Assembly (NCBI RefSeq): GCF_001194135.2 | Contig: NC_068994.1 | Span: 36,769,995 to 36,833,994 of the forward strand | From: Octopus bimaculoides | Taxonomy: Eukaryota | Length of the DNA stretch: 64,000 bases | Direction: 5' to 3' | Shown: one piece after another, positions 1 through 13,869 of the stretch | Numbering within the stretch: position 1 is the first letter of the stretch | Layout: each line of letters begins with the position of its first letter | The notes under the pieces: generated by a model | Told to the model about the DNA's origin: nothing | What the model saw: the letters and a program-made list of their open reading frames with translations, nothing else | Database searches by the model: none | Made by a program: the position numbers and the translations under genes

Positions 1-552
1 AATTTCTCTTAAAGGCATTAATAATGCATTTAACATCACATTTATTTTTAAGTTAACTGACAGTCAACACATATGATCTGTATGTATGTGTTGCTCAAAC
101 TGTCTTCAAAATATCCATCATTTGAAGACTGAATATAGATTAGTTATTATAGGCTGCATTGATTGGATTATCAACGTCAGTTTTTGTGTTTCTATTCACA
201 CTACATTTTGACTAGTAAAGTCTCTACCTATTTTCGGGTGCCATAGTTTTACCACATATGCATGCTTATAGATGAATTTGAACTACAAAAATTTTTCATT
301 TGTAATATATGGTCTTTGTGCACTTAACTATTTGAAGCTATTATCTAAAAGTATTGAGTTATTAATCATTTTGTAACAGAAGGATCTTGCTAACTGAATA
401 ATTGAAATATTATATATTATCTTGAAGGTTCAAAATTATACAGTAAATATTTACAAATATTGTTGTTGGTTGTGGTGGTGTTTTGTCCACAAGTCAGTCC
501 TGATTGAGCAGATCTAGCATCAGAAGATGAAGATTCATGGCCTAATGGCAAG

Positions 553-670
553 ACTATTGGATGAATGATCATTAGGTTGTAGGCTCAATTCTTGGACTAA
601 GTGGTATGTTGTGTCCTTGGACAAAGCACTTCATTTTACTTCACTCCAGTCCATTCAGCTAAAAATGAGT
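553..670 (+). mobile_element. SINE type C head (GTTGTGTCCTTGGACAAAGCACTT core)
   Basis: Related pieces at 29195-29375 (minus) and a tail-like segment at 5443-5548. Confidence 0.55.
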
Positions 671-3600
671 TATGTCTTCTTTAGAGTGGCAACTTGCAGA
701 CTTTTAGACTAAATTCTTGTGATTGCAAAATGTCAGCAGCTCTTTATGGCTACAACACACTAGATGATGATAATTATCAAAAGCATTCAAGCCATGATCA
801 TCTTGTCTTTTGTTCTTCAGGAATAATGTGCATTAGACCACGTTTATTCAGTGTGCCTGACTCTTAATTATTAAGCCCTATTGGAACCATATCTTTAAGA
901 ATTTCTAATATCATCATGAGGAATTTTTAAAAATAACCATTTTTTTCAATTGCTGGTGTAGGAAACACATTCTTACATAAAATCATAATAGGAAAATTCA
1001 GTTCATATATGAATACTTTAGAACAAGCAGTTCTCTATCTTTGAAGCCAGGTGACCTCAAAAAGATTGGTGTAAGAAAAGAAGTGTGGTTTGGGGGAGAT
1101 TTGGTTATCATTTCTATTAGGATGAACGACCAAATGGAAACCTCTTTAAGTAGCATTACTAACCAACTTCAGTAGTACTTAGCAAGTTTTGGTTCCATTT
1201 GTATATGTAAAATGGAACTATCCATTGAGGGTTAAAAGACTGGGGATGCTGTCACAGTCATGCCGTCTGTGATTGTGTTGGAGACGTAAACAAAGTAAAA
1301 TTTCAAATGGGAATTAAAATCAGCTTATAGCTATATATTTAAATCAAGCTTATCTCTATCATACTACATTCAAGAGTATTTGACCAATACAAAACTAGTT
1401 AGTAATCTGAGATTAAATATAGATTCATGTAAATTCTGCTATGTTTTAATGCAATACATATTAAACAGTTTGTTTCACTAAAGCTAGTTGGTTAACAATT
1501 CCACTTCACATTTGAATATTTGGTATCAAAATGAAAATATAACATAAAAAGTCTCCTGTAATGTTTACAAATATGTATACTTGTAAAAATAGATCCAACT
1601 CAAGTTCAAAATCAAAACATCTACATTGAAAGATAAAATAAAAGCTATTCTAATATCAATCACCTTTTAATGATTTCATTATATTTGTTATTTTGGAATA
1701 AACTATATTATATATACTTATATCAGTAATTTTTTTTTTTTCTATAGATTACATTTTTATATCAAGAAGTTGTTTTGGAAGCCACATAAAGTTCACTGGT
1801 TTGCTAAAATCACTGATGAGTCTAGTGAAAAACCGCATTAGTCCTGCTTGTTCTGGTATATAATCCAGCTCTTCATTGAATAGATTACTATGATGCCTCT
1901 AATTTAAATTCACTGAGTGACTCAGCTTCGTTTTTAGCCTCCTATTATTTCCATCTCAGTGATTCAAGAATTAGTTTCTGTCCAACGATGTGATGCTGCA
2001 TAAAAAAGTCTTGATTGTCAAATTTTACCAGCTGAGCATTCCATTGTAATGTCTTTTGCCAAATATATTTATATCTGTCATAAAACTAACATTAACACTG
2101 CGAAAATTATTATAATCTTTTAAATAACACTTGCCAGAATATAATATAGTTAAGTGGTTTTCTTTATTGTTCTTTAATAGGAAATATATGGCAAGATTTT
2201 GTATATTGAATAACCCTTATGTGACCCAAACGTTTCAGTGCATAAATAACAATACCGCATCTGAACAGTATTAGAATGAATTTACTAAATCAATAAAAAT
2301 ATTCACTTTCATGTAGCGCCTTCAGAGATAATGGATATGACCTCACTTATAAGAGGAATTTCATAGCAAAACTTATAATTTTATATAGTTCTTTTTAAAT
2401 AATGAGAAGTTATTATTATTGTTATTATTACTATTATCATCTTTATTTTCATTTTGTACCTGCTTCTCACTGAACAAGCATGGGTAAGATCAATTTGTAA
2501 GTTTGAATAATGTTTGCATTGGAGGCAAAATGCTTTTAATCAGGTAAGACTATAGCTGAGAGAGTAGTTCTGACTTATGGTACAATGCTGTGCTTTGTTC
2601 ATTTGGCATCCTAGCTATTCAAGCATAATGATGATTAAAAGATAAAATTTAATGTTCTGGTGACTACTAAGAATTTGTGATAATTTATTTAAGTATCTAA
2701 AAAAAAAAAACCCAAACCTTATCTCTAGAAAAATGATAGTTTGTCCATATAGTCTTACAATTTGAAGAATAATTAGCATTGAAGTTAACAATTATAGTGA
2801 AAATTTTGGTCAAGATATGCATGAAAAATGCTAGGAGCATATTGTTAGTAATGTTACTGTTTAACCACAAGTCAGCCGTGATCAAGCTTGCCTCTGATCA
2901 AAAGTTTTCCACTGTGTGTTTCTTGGCAAAACATACTCCCCACAACTTTAAACACTGTATCCTTCCTTTTTAAAAAAAAAATTTGATTGGGAGTAATTTG
3001 AATTTTGGTTACTTTCTTGGTCGGTCAAATCATTACATAAAGGTGCTCACTCTGTAAGTATCTTCATTAAAACCACAAGCTCACAAATAATATCACTTAG
3101 GTAACAGAAACTTTCTATAATTTCAGGTGAGTCATTTCAGCAGTTCACATACTTAATCCCATGTTTGTGCCTACTTTTACCTACTCCTGTGCATCTATCA
3201 TATCTGTTAGTTTCATTGTAGTCTGTACAGTTGTGTGAGTAATGCTTGTAGTAGATATATATATTACTAAGTTATTCCATCTTCTTTCTTAACCACTAAG
3301 CAAGGCTAATGTTTACATGACAATGCAATTTTGTGCTCTGTTATAAACTGTTACTTTGGTATTTACCATATTGATGTTAAGGTCTGTTTACCTAATAACG
3401 TTTCCCTCATTTTTGACAATGCTTTGTTTTTTTTTTGTTTTTGTTTTTTTGTCAGATTTCTGTAATTTAAACCATGTCATCAGTACAAAAAGGACTGTTA
3501 TGTCAAGTGTTAAATAGTTTTCTTGGTCACATTAAGTGTTCACGTATACTACTGAGTAGTGAAAGCTTTTTAACCTTATGGTGTACAAGGCAGCTTGATT

Positions 3601-4205
3601 AGTGCTGGTAATCTGATAAATTGCACTCAGTATACTCTGTAAAGTGCAGATAAACAAATGTAGACAACATATTGTTGAAAGGACACTTTAATCTTATTAA
3701 GGACAACAATATAGAGTAGGTGCCATAATAAAATGCACTCAGCACCCTCTGCAAAGTTGTTGCTGTTAGGAAAAGGTATTTAGTCATGGATATTAAGCCC
3801 CAAATGAAACAGTAGTGAAGAAGGACTGAATAAGAACTGACAAAGAATTTAACAACCAATCTAACCCATACTGACATGCAAAGTGGATGTGTGGTGATGA
3901 TGACATCTGCAACAGTGGTGCTGACAAAAGTTATGAGAACAACAAAGATAATGATGTTTTTCAAATTTCCAGGAAATTTCCTTTAAGGCTTTATCAAACG
4001 TCTATTTACAGAAATGGAGAACAGGCCTTATATTTAACAGTCTCAGATTTACAATCTGGGACATAGGAATAAAAAAAAAATGTTTTTTCTGTAAAGCATA
4101 AGGGAACAATAATATGTGATAATTTTCTTAGATTTTCAGTTCTACTTTATTATCATATTTGAAATGGATCTGCTAAAATTGATGTTTACTGTAAATATAA
4201 CTTAA

Positions 4206-4360
4206 TCTTTTTGATACCAACCCATCTGAAACCACCTCCGTTGGTTTGGGAAACAAACGTCCTGTTTGAAAGTGAGCTAAACTAAAACCATCATCAGAAG
4301 TTTATGTTAATTAATGTTTCAAACACCACATTAAGAATGACAAAGTTCTTAATTTTTTTC
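4206..4360. mobile_element. Degenerate relative of the piggyBac-type MITE (left end only)
   Basis: ttaa|tctttttgataccaacccatctgaaacc matches the left end of the 33940 element. The right end was not located. Confidence 0.45.
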
Positions 4361-5059
4361 AAAATTGATTGACTGCAGTAACAAATAAGTGAGCAAGAAG
4401 CCCTATTAAGTATGTTTTAGAAGACTAGAAATTCAAAACCAAATGCTTTCAATAAGATGAATATTATAAAGGGAAATGGTCACACCCTGCCATACACACC
4501 TGAATACACAAACACAAACATACATAAGATACATACATATGTACGTATATATGTATATATGTATGTACATACAAACAAACAATCATATCTCTGAGTCCAA
4601 TATATTTTCATTTTCACCTGTAATATTTCCATAGATTTCTTTATATTTCCTATGTAGATGAGTAGATTATGGCCCATGAGATTTCTGAATGGCATGCTTA
4701 ACAAAATTTATCTTGAATTTCTTTGGTGGAGTTGTCTGCCTGGTGATGAGTTATGTCATATGCAGCCCACTTATCAAAAAAAAGGTTGTCAATGCCTACC
4801 CTAGAGATTTATTTCTCATCTATTTGATACCATAATACTAGGATTAGGCAGTAGGCTTCATTGAGTTCTTGTAGATGAGGTTTCAAATAACTTCCTTATT
4901 GCTCAGGAGACATTATGTTATTATTTAGCTACTACAGACTACTTACCTCAAACCTTTAAATAGTTAAATGGTGTGTGTGTGTGTATAGAGGGAGAGTGAG
5001 AGAGAGGGAATGAGATTACTGTTGACTATGTAGTAATACCCAACCTATGCTTATATATG

Positions 5060-5112
<53 letters not shown>

Positions 5113-5546
5113 GTATTTATGCACGTATGTGTATGTATGTATGTATATATATATNNNNNNNNNNNNNNNNNNNNNNNNNNNNNNNNNNNNNNNNNNNNNN
5201 NNNNNNNNNNNNNNNNNNNNNNNNNNNNNNNNNNNNNNNNNNNNNNNNNNNNNNNNNNNNNNNNNNNNNNNNNNNNNNNNNNNNNNNNNNNNNNNNNNNN
5301 NNNNNNNNNNNNNNNNNNNNNNNNNNNNNNNNNNNNNNNNNNNNNNNNNNNNNNNNNNNNNNNNNNNNNNNNNNNNNNNNNNNNNNNNNNNNNNNNNNNN
5401 NNNNNNNNNNNNNNNNNNNNNNNNNNNNNNNNNNNNNNNNNNACACGTGTCTGTGGAGTGCTCAGCGACTTGTAAGTTAATCTCACAAGCAGGCTGTTCT
5501 GTTGATTGGATCAACTGGGACCCTCATCGTTGTTACCAAGAGTGCC

Positions 5547-5588
<42 letters not shown>

Positions 5589-5739
5589 AGATTCTCTTGT
5601 TGTAAACAACAAATGAGGGTTCAGTAAAATAAAGTGTTAATCATGGACACAAATGTCTCTTGCGGCCTGTTGGTGCCTTGAAAACCTTTCGGCCAATGGA
5701 ACAAGTTCAGAACAGTTTGCTTGAGTGCTATTGGATCCT

Positions 5740-5770
<31 letters not shown>

Positions 5771-5910
5771 ATATATATATAATCAAATTAAATACACAAC
5801 TGAAAGAGCTAATGATAATTTCATGCTATTATAATATTTGAACAGGCATATTTATAAAATATGTTGTGTTTCTTAAAGCAATCATTCAGGCTCTGTTTTT
5901 ATAAATATAT

Positions 5911-6145
5911 TTTCTTATTCTTTTACTTGTTTCAGCCATTTGACTGCAACCTTGCTGGAGCACCACTTTGATGGGTTTTTTAGTTGAACAAATCAACCTA
6001 AGACTTATGTTGTTTTTAAGCCTAGTACCTATTTCTATCAGTCTCTTTTGCCAAACTGCTATATTTCAGGGACATAAAAACACCAATACTGGTTGTCAAG
6101 CAGTGATGGGGTGGGGGATAAACAGAGACACACACATACATGAAT

Positions 6146-6195
<50 letters not shown>

Positions 6196-6337
6196 CATGA
6201 TTCTTGCAACACAAGGCTTTTGGTTGACTCGGGTCTGTAGTAGACGACACTTGCCCAAGCTACCATGCAGTGGAACTGAACCTGGAATGATGTGGTTGGG
6301 AAGCAAGCTTCTTACCACACAGCAACGCCTGCACCTA
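5911..6337 (-). mobile_element. SINE type B with internal microsatellite
   Basis: Reverse complement of the 15945 copy: head GCAGGCGTTGCTGTGTGGTAAGAAG, tail TGAAACAAGTAAAAGAATAAGA. Confidence 0.85.
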
Positions 6338-6637
6338 CCCACACAGCCACACCTCCGCCTATTTATAAACTTATATATAAGTCTTTGTCATTCTGTTTGT
6401 CTCCTTTTCTATGTGCGTGTGTATGGAACAAAAACAGGACAGTGGAGACATACAAGGAAACCAAACAAAAACAAAAATGGAGAGTCATTAGACCAGAATG
6501 AGAGGAAAATAGTGAATGCAGGGAGAAATATTTTGTTTGGAAAAAGAAAAGATTAAAGATCTAGATAGATAGAAGACATCCAGTCCTTAGAACGTCATGC
6601 AGAGAAAGAAAGATAGGAAAAAAAAAACTAATAATAA

Positions 6638-7286
6638 TAAGGCAGAATGCTAAACTGAAAGCATATTTTAATATAGGTGTGCATAAGGAGGATTAAAAAG
6701 GATTTCTAATCGTCTTTCATTGCATGGCAAATTTTCAAGAAGAGGGGAAATGAAAATAATGTTTTTTACAAAAATATATAAAAAAATAAATATACCAATA
6801 CATTATATTGTCTTTGAGTTTTTAAAGTTCAATGGCAATGCATGTAGATAATTGTTAGATAGATTAGGATGCATGGAATTAAGAATCGTGTTGTGTTTAA
6901 AAAAGGCTTAGAGTTTATGTGATAAACAGGAAGTGTGTGTAAGGGAAGACAATTCTGTGGGTTTTATACTCTTCCTGTTTTGACACCACACTTCCTGTTT
7001 AACACATAAACTCTCAGCCTTTTTTAAACACAACATGATTCTTAATTCCATGCATCCTAATCTATCTAACAATTATCTACATGGATTACCATTGAACTTT
7101 AAAAACTCAAAGACAATATAATGTAAAGGTATAATTATTTTTTTATAAATTTTTGTAAAAAACATTATTTTTATTTCCCCTCTTCTTGAAAATTTGCCAT
7201 GCAATAAAAGTCGGTTAGAAATCCTTTTTAATCCTCCCTATGCACATCTATATTAGAATATGCTTTCAGTTTAGCATTCTGCCTTA
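6638..7286. repeat. Long foldback inverted repeat (MITE-like), ~300-bp arms and ~50-bp spacer
   Basis: 6638-6937 is the reverse complement of 6987-7286, with ~16 mismatches and no indels by eye. Confidence 0.95.
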
Positions 7287-7321
<35 letters not shown>

Positions 7322-9168
7322 TTTTATTTTCCTATTATTTCTCCACGTGCGGTTACTGACTTATATATATATAATGTAAAAGCAATATTTGACTGAATAC
7401 ACATTTTGTTTCATTCATTTATCAAGAAATATTGTTCATATACTCAGTCAGTAACATGAAACTCAGAGTTTTGATTCAAGAAGTTCCATGTTTTAATAAT
7501 ATATAGGAACTCTACTTTATGCACATACACATGCACACCCTCTCTCTCTCTCTCTCTCTCTCTACCTCTCTCTTTATTTCTCCCCCCACCCCCTGCTGTT
7601 ACACATCATCTTGTCTTTGAAACTTATTCTTTTCTAAGACATGATTCAAGTCCTATAATATGTCTCCTTTGGCCAAAATCTATTCTGGCTATCCCTTGTG
7701 TTACATCTCCCACATCACATCAGAAAAGTGTGTCTCATCTACTAGCTTTGCTTATACATATTTATTAAATCTGGCGATGTCTGTGTATTCTGAAAGCATG
7801 TTTACTTTACCTGGAGATTAAAATTTATTCAAAAGGGAGAAAGATCTTATTACAGATTGTTTCTATGAAGGAAGAAACTTTATTCTATTCCTATAAAACA
7901 TATAACAATGTATTTACTTTTTCTATAACAAAATTTCACACTGAAGAATTATATAGATATTCTGTACGTACACATAACATTGCACAAATTTTTGTAACTA
8001 CTTTATACATATATTCACAAGGCAAAAGACACTGTTATTAGCATTATTTTTGTTTTCACTTTGAATATGCTATTTGGCAGCAGTTTAAAAGAAATCTTTA
8101 CATGCTTATAACAAGTTAGTCTTGGAAACCATATTAGAATTTTAAAACTGGAACATGCTATTTCTAGCAGTGTGCTTTCTCTTGTGTACATACATGTGTG
8201 TGTGTGTGTGTGCATGCGTATGCACACACACACACACACACACAAGATACCTATAAGTGACAGAGGATTCTTTATCTATGTAGAATATATGTATTTATTG
8301 AGGGGATGCAGATACAATTTGCCACTGTGACTGACCAGGTTCATCATAATAGATAATCATCAGAGTGATTCTTCACTGATGTGACACGAATTAGTGACTG
8401 AAAATTTGTACCTTCAAACTCCTGAATAAATATGTATACATTTGTGCATACATACATATATTGTCAAGGAGTATATTCCTGATTTTGGTGTATATTTAGT
8501 CAGAATGTTACCAATGTTTTCATGCCAACTATTGTACTTGTCAATATTGATGCTTCCTCAAACATGCCCCCAGCCAAGAGGAGTCTTCAATATTGCAAAG
8601 TGCAATATTTTTTTCTGACTGACTGATGGATGGGTAACTGATAATACAAATATGATTGTGTGTATGTTTATACATATATACACTCGTGCATATACACACA
8701 TCCAATATACCAATATATATTATTTACTACAAGCATATCCCATGTTTGTATTGCATATTTGTTTGTGTTCAATTTAGCAAGTGATTTAAGTGAAGATAAT
8801 GCTTTTAAATGCGTATTTCTTCACATTGTTACTTATCTGTGTCATTTAAATTGCTTCCTTTAAAAACTTGTCGTATTATTGTCACTTCTTTAAAACATAT
8901 ATTACAATGGCCACATGCTATTTGCCTCTTTCTTCATATTTAAAATATAATTGCTTCTATTGTGTATGTTAAGTATAACAGTCTGCATGCATTTATATGT
9001 GTATATATGAAGCTGCTACAAGTATGAGAATGTATGAGAACAGCTCTCTATAGTCCTATATAATATATATGTGTGGTTGTCTGCATGTGTGGCATGTTTG
9101 TGTGATGCTGTCTCCATATGTATGCATATGTACATATATATATGCATATATATATATATGCATATATA

Positions 9169-10007
9169 CAAGGTGCAATTTTATATTTTTCGCACATGAG
9201 CATTGTTTGCTTTTGATTTTGTTGGCTACAGAGTATAGTAGGGTCAGTTGAGCACCATCTGTGAGAAAAACAGCACCATGATTCAATTCACTCTGCCAGA
9301 AATTTGGAAACGCCACACTGTACTGCTTGGCATTCATACCGGAAGCTCCAATATGAATATTTCAGAGTGTTTGGGTATCAATCTGAGGACAGTGCATGTA
9401 CCAAAAGTGATAAAAATCAAACATCCAGTCAACATCATGATGTTTAGAGTGATCACTCGTGATGGTGACATTATGCCTCCATTCATTTTCCCACACAGAA
9501 GCTTACATGAAATACCTGGAGGAGATAGTGCTACCCTGGGTCAAGAGGGTGGCTGCTGGAAGAACCTATGTTTGGCAAAATGACTCTGCACCATGCTACA
9601 CAAGTAAGAGAACCCAGTCATGGCTGTCAGACAATTTCTGCAACCACATTACCCCTAACATCTGGCCATGTAACTCCCCAGTCTGCAACCCCCTTGATTA
9701 TTATGTGTGGGGCACAGTTGTGTGAGAGACCAACAAAACTCCATGTAACACCAAAGATGAACTGAAGGTAAGGATTATGGCAGCATTCACCGACTTAAAC
9801 AAAGAGACCATCCAGAAAAGTTGCAGAAGATTCCGAAGTTATCTGGAGGCTATGGTTGAAGATAATGGCGATTTTATTGAATAAATTTACTTTTTAGTAT
9901 TTCAAGATATTTTTATGCAATTTTGGTAAATATATCTGTTGAAATGGGATGTCAATGTTATTTTCATTTTTGCGTAATTTAGACGACAGTTTATTCACCC
10001 CACCCTG
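9169..10007 (+). mobile_element. Decayed, internally deleted maT/DD37D-type Tc1/mariner transposon
   Basis: Transposase remnants IMPPFIFP, VWQNDSAPC...WPCNSPVCNPLDYYVWG with 37 residues between the last two catalytic Asp. The 3' end CACCCTG and 5' start CAAGGTG are both flanked by TA. Confidence 0.88.
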
Positions 10008-11462
10008 TATATACATTAGTGTAGTTAAATGCATGCATATGTATACTACACTAAATTTATGTGCGCATGGGAAAAAACACTAAATATAACAATAGGTGAA
10101 AATCATGAAATAAGGTGACTCAATTCATATTGCTTTAATTCAAGATCAGCACTGACTGAGCAGACCTACTACCACTGACATTCTAGCCCATCATTTTTCA
10201 AATATAATATTATGCCATCAGGTTTTTTTTTTTAAGGCAGTAAAGTGTAATCTGTATAAGTTGTAGCTGTTATTACTAGCAGGTTGAGTGATTACATATA
10301 GCTATGGTTCTTAGACTCTTTAAATTTGTGGTGCACTGTAAATCAAATGGTTTCTTATTTGTTGGACATGGGCTTGAGAGCAGAGGTGCTGGGGGTGCAA
10401 GCACATCTAAAATTTTTGTGGGGCAATGAAAATGCTTTGAACATCTTCCTGAAAAACTTCATCAGCTTTAGGCTTTCACACACTAAGCAAATTTTGTTCC
10501 TGCACTTATTGGGATACTTTGTTACGAAAGTTGGAAAGAATAAGACTACATAAAAAGGTATAAGAATGTAAAACAGGAAAAACAAAACTATATTTAAATG
10601 TTAAAAATTGCTTGTGTTTTAAAGCTTAGCTTGTAGTTTGAGAGTGATATGGTTGCTACTTCTAACAGGTTCAGCTACCATGGAGAGCAGTGGTTTTATT
10701 GAAATAACTAACATGTTCATTATTAACCTTTTTATTTTTCATTGTTTAGTCGAAATAGAAGGCTGTACTCATGACTCTTTCTAATGTGAAAAATCTTAAA
10801 TGTTTCGCACCAAATTATGTGACAGCTTATAACACCACATAAGCCTCTGTCCTTCATCACTCATTTATCCGTGTTTTCCATCATTCTTTATTCCAAGAAT
10901 GATCTCTTCTGCTTTTTGTATTACAAATTTTTGAGTTATTGGATAAAAATATTTTGTGTAAATTATTTACAGTACGTCTGATTTTAGCACCCTGAGTGAT
11001 CACCTAGTTTACCTAGTGCATAGCACCAGCCCTACTCCCTAATAAGACTAAATGCATTCCTCTATTCTTTGGGTTATATCTGTTCATTCATTCCTTTTAT
11101 TCCCACTTGATCTGATTGCAAGAAAGCCAGAATGAGGGAATGATAGAAGTGAGCAAACAAAACAGTAAGCTAGCTGCAAAACTCAGTTACATGATGGTTA
11201 TTGGTAAGGAGATTTGATAGACACACACATACTCTACACGTGCCAACATAAAGGGATGATGATAGTGTATGGTGCATGTTGAACATTTTATTGTGTGTGT
11301 TTGTGTCAGTGTAGAGCTCTGTAAGTGAATGATACTTATTCTTAATGTAGATGTGTTAAAGTGTGAAGCATACACATTTCTTATGCCAACAACACACACA
11401 AATGCACACTTATGCATATGTATATATATCTACATACTTACACACACATGTGCATACACATT

Positions 11463-11500
<38 letters not shown>

Positions 11501-12846
11501 CATGAATACCTTGCCATTTTCATTTTACCATAGATGATTTGGTTTTGTAGAATTTGCATATTTTTAGAGTAAGTACAGCAAATGGGTTTTTTTATATGTC
11601 TATATCTAATTGCATTCAATTGACAATGCCAACCAAGGATAAAACCAGTATGACACTTATTTTTCACTTTGTCAGATGAAGACAAGCAGAGTAATATATT
11701 TTACCTTGTAACGGGTCATCTATCAATCATGTATGACTTGAAGCTAGATTAGTGTTATTGTAACAGGACAGAGAAATAAGATTGGTAGTCATGAATAAAA
11801 TGTCAATCTCTAGAGAGGAATGGGCCTCTTGTCACAGATTAATGGTGAATTGAGTGTAAATTACATAGAAACATGGTACCATGGATTAAATTCATTCATA
11901 CAAAATGTTATTGTCCAACTTGAGATTAGCTGTGATGGAACAAATACGTTGTAATTAATCCATCTGCTTTAAGACACAGTGTACCAAGGTGATCCTTCCT
12001 GTTGTCATTGTTTAGCCCCAGGTTGTCGCTGATAAATTAGAGCCCTGATTAAAGGCATTCCAATCATGACCATTCCATCAATTTGTATATCAGGAACTTC
12101 ACTGTCCAATGTGCACTTATTTATATTTTGATAAAGTATGATTTGAGGGGAATTTAGTTATTACTTCCAGTAGATTGAATGAACACACAGAGATTTCTTT
12201 ATTAGTTTAAATGAATGTTACACTGCTAACATGAAATTCTCAAAATTCCTAATAGACAAAACTTCTTCCTTTGAGTAGAATATTCAAAGAAAGATATATT
12301 GCTTCTTCACATAATGCCTGAATAACTGGAAGAAGCAAAATTCAGTTGTCATTTCTAGCAGTTATAAAGACTATATAAAGGTTTCTTCATTGGCTTATGT
12401 ATAGTATGTACATTCTATGGCAGCTATATAGTTATCTTTGTTGTCATCTATACTGTGCATCTTAGATTCTTCTACATTACAAGGTGACATTTTTATTATA
12501 TAGAATATCATCAGAGAAAATCCTGTTTAATTTTATGCATCTCTACAACTATTGTATCTTTGAAATAAGAAAAAGTAAAGACAAATTTCAAAAACATTAT
12601 ATAAATAGTTTGCTTATAGGAAGTTGTAATACTTCAATTTCGATAAGTTTGTATGCTATGTGGAGACAACAGTCCTGACATTTTGAGAATGCTGTTTAAT
12701 CGTATTTGATAGTTTTCTGCATTCACTTCAAAATTTTATCTGGATAAGCTCCACAAGGAAATATTTAAATTATTGTCTTTTAATACTTTATGTTTCAGAA
12801 TATAAAAAAATAAATAAATAAAATATACACAGTTATTTGGCTAGAC

Positions 12847-13466
12847 CAGTAGTTTTTAAATGGTGCATTGCAGCATACTGGTGCACTGAAAGGAGTATCT
12901 AGGTGCATCATAAATATTTCACCTTAGTGAGGGTGGTGAAATAGGGATTCTGACTTCCTAATAGAGGACAAAGACCATTCAGTTACATTGATGTTGGTAG
13001 GGACAAACAGCATAAAGCTGAGGACATGTGAAGGCTAATATGGCAGAGAAAATTCTGGTGTGGTGAAATTCATTGTAGTTGCTCTGCTTGAATAAAAAGG
13101 TGGCTTTTTAAAACTATAATTTAATATAATTATATAATTATAAAATTTAATATAATTTAATGCTTTAGAAAATTGATGTTAATGGTTTGGCATCTTGTAA
13201 AATATCTTTTATTATATACAGGTATATACACTTCTAGACAGTACACCAATATTGCCACATTCCAATGATTGAAACAAATAAAAGATAAAATATAGTATGA
13301 TTAATAAGACAAAGAATGCAATAGTTTTATTTTTTTGTTTCTAAATTTTTATCTTTCAAACAGCTTATTCTTAAAAAAATAAAAAATCCCCCTATGAGAT
13401 GTACACTAGTATTTTATTTGTTTGAACTCCAGTACAACAAATAGTTAAAAAATTTCAGAACCACTG
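12847..13466. mobile_element. hAT (Charlie-like) non-autonomous element
   Basis: Ends cagtagtttttaaa / tttcagaaccactg form imperfect TIRs. Flanks ggCTAGAc / aaCTAGAa resemble the NTCTAGAN Charlie target site. Confidence 0.5.
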
Positions 13467-13787
13467 AACTAGAAATATTTGTTCAATCATTTAGTTTCCA
13501 TGCTTTTAATTAGTATCATCTTCTAATTATAGTATGAAGAATGGATTGGTACATTCCATAGAGCGTTGGACACAATGCTTTGTAGTGTTTAGTTACACCT
13601 TTTCATGTTTTGATTTCAAATACTACCAAGGCCAGACTGCTGGGACCAATAAAACAAAAGCCAATTTATTATCGGTTGACATCTAATCAACTATACACAC
13701 TACCTTGCAAATTTAAGGCTTTGTGACTATGTATGAAATAGATATTTAATTAATAAATCCGTCAGGTGGCTATTCTTATCTTGAACA

Positions 13788-13869
13788 GGTAACGTGATCA
13801 AGCAGTCTTCAGCACTGGTTTAAAGCACCAGTCTCTTCAGAGGCATGGGTTTGAATCACAGCCTTGCCA
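13788..13869 (+). pseudogene. tRNA-Leu (AAG-type) pseudogene
   Basis: 82 nt collinear with the metazoan tRNA-Leu consensus as I recall it (long variable arm AGTCTCTTCxGAGG, CTGGT/ACCAG anticodon stem). The anticodon reads AAA, and ~17 substitutions include several CpG transitions and damage to the A and B boxes. Confidence 0.85.

Noticed and set aside
1740-2100. Non-repetitive island with an ARE/AP-1-like TGACTCAGC and a 43-codon minus-strand frame
   Set aside because: The open frame is not phase 0 relative to the acceptor, a single short motif is not significant, and there is no other support.
3599-3964. 121-aa ORF with a signal-peptide-like N-terminus
   Set aside because: It begins at TTG, overlaps a decayed RTE-type tail on the opposite strand and has no recognisable domain.
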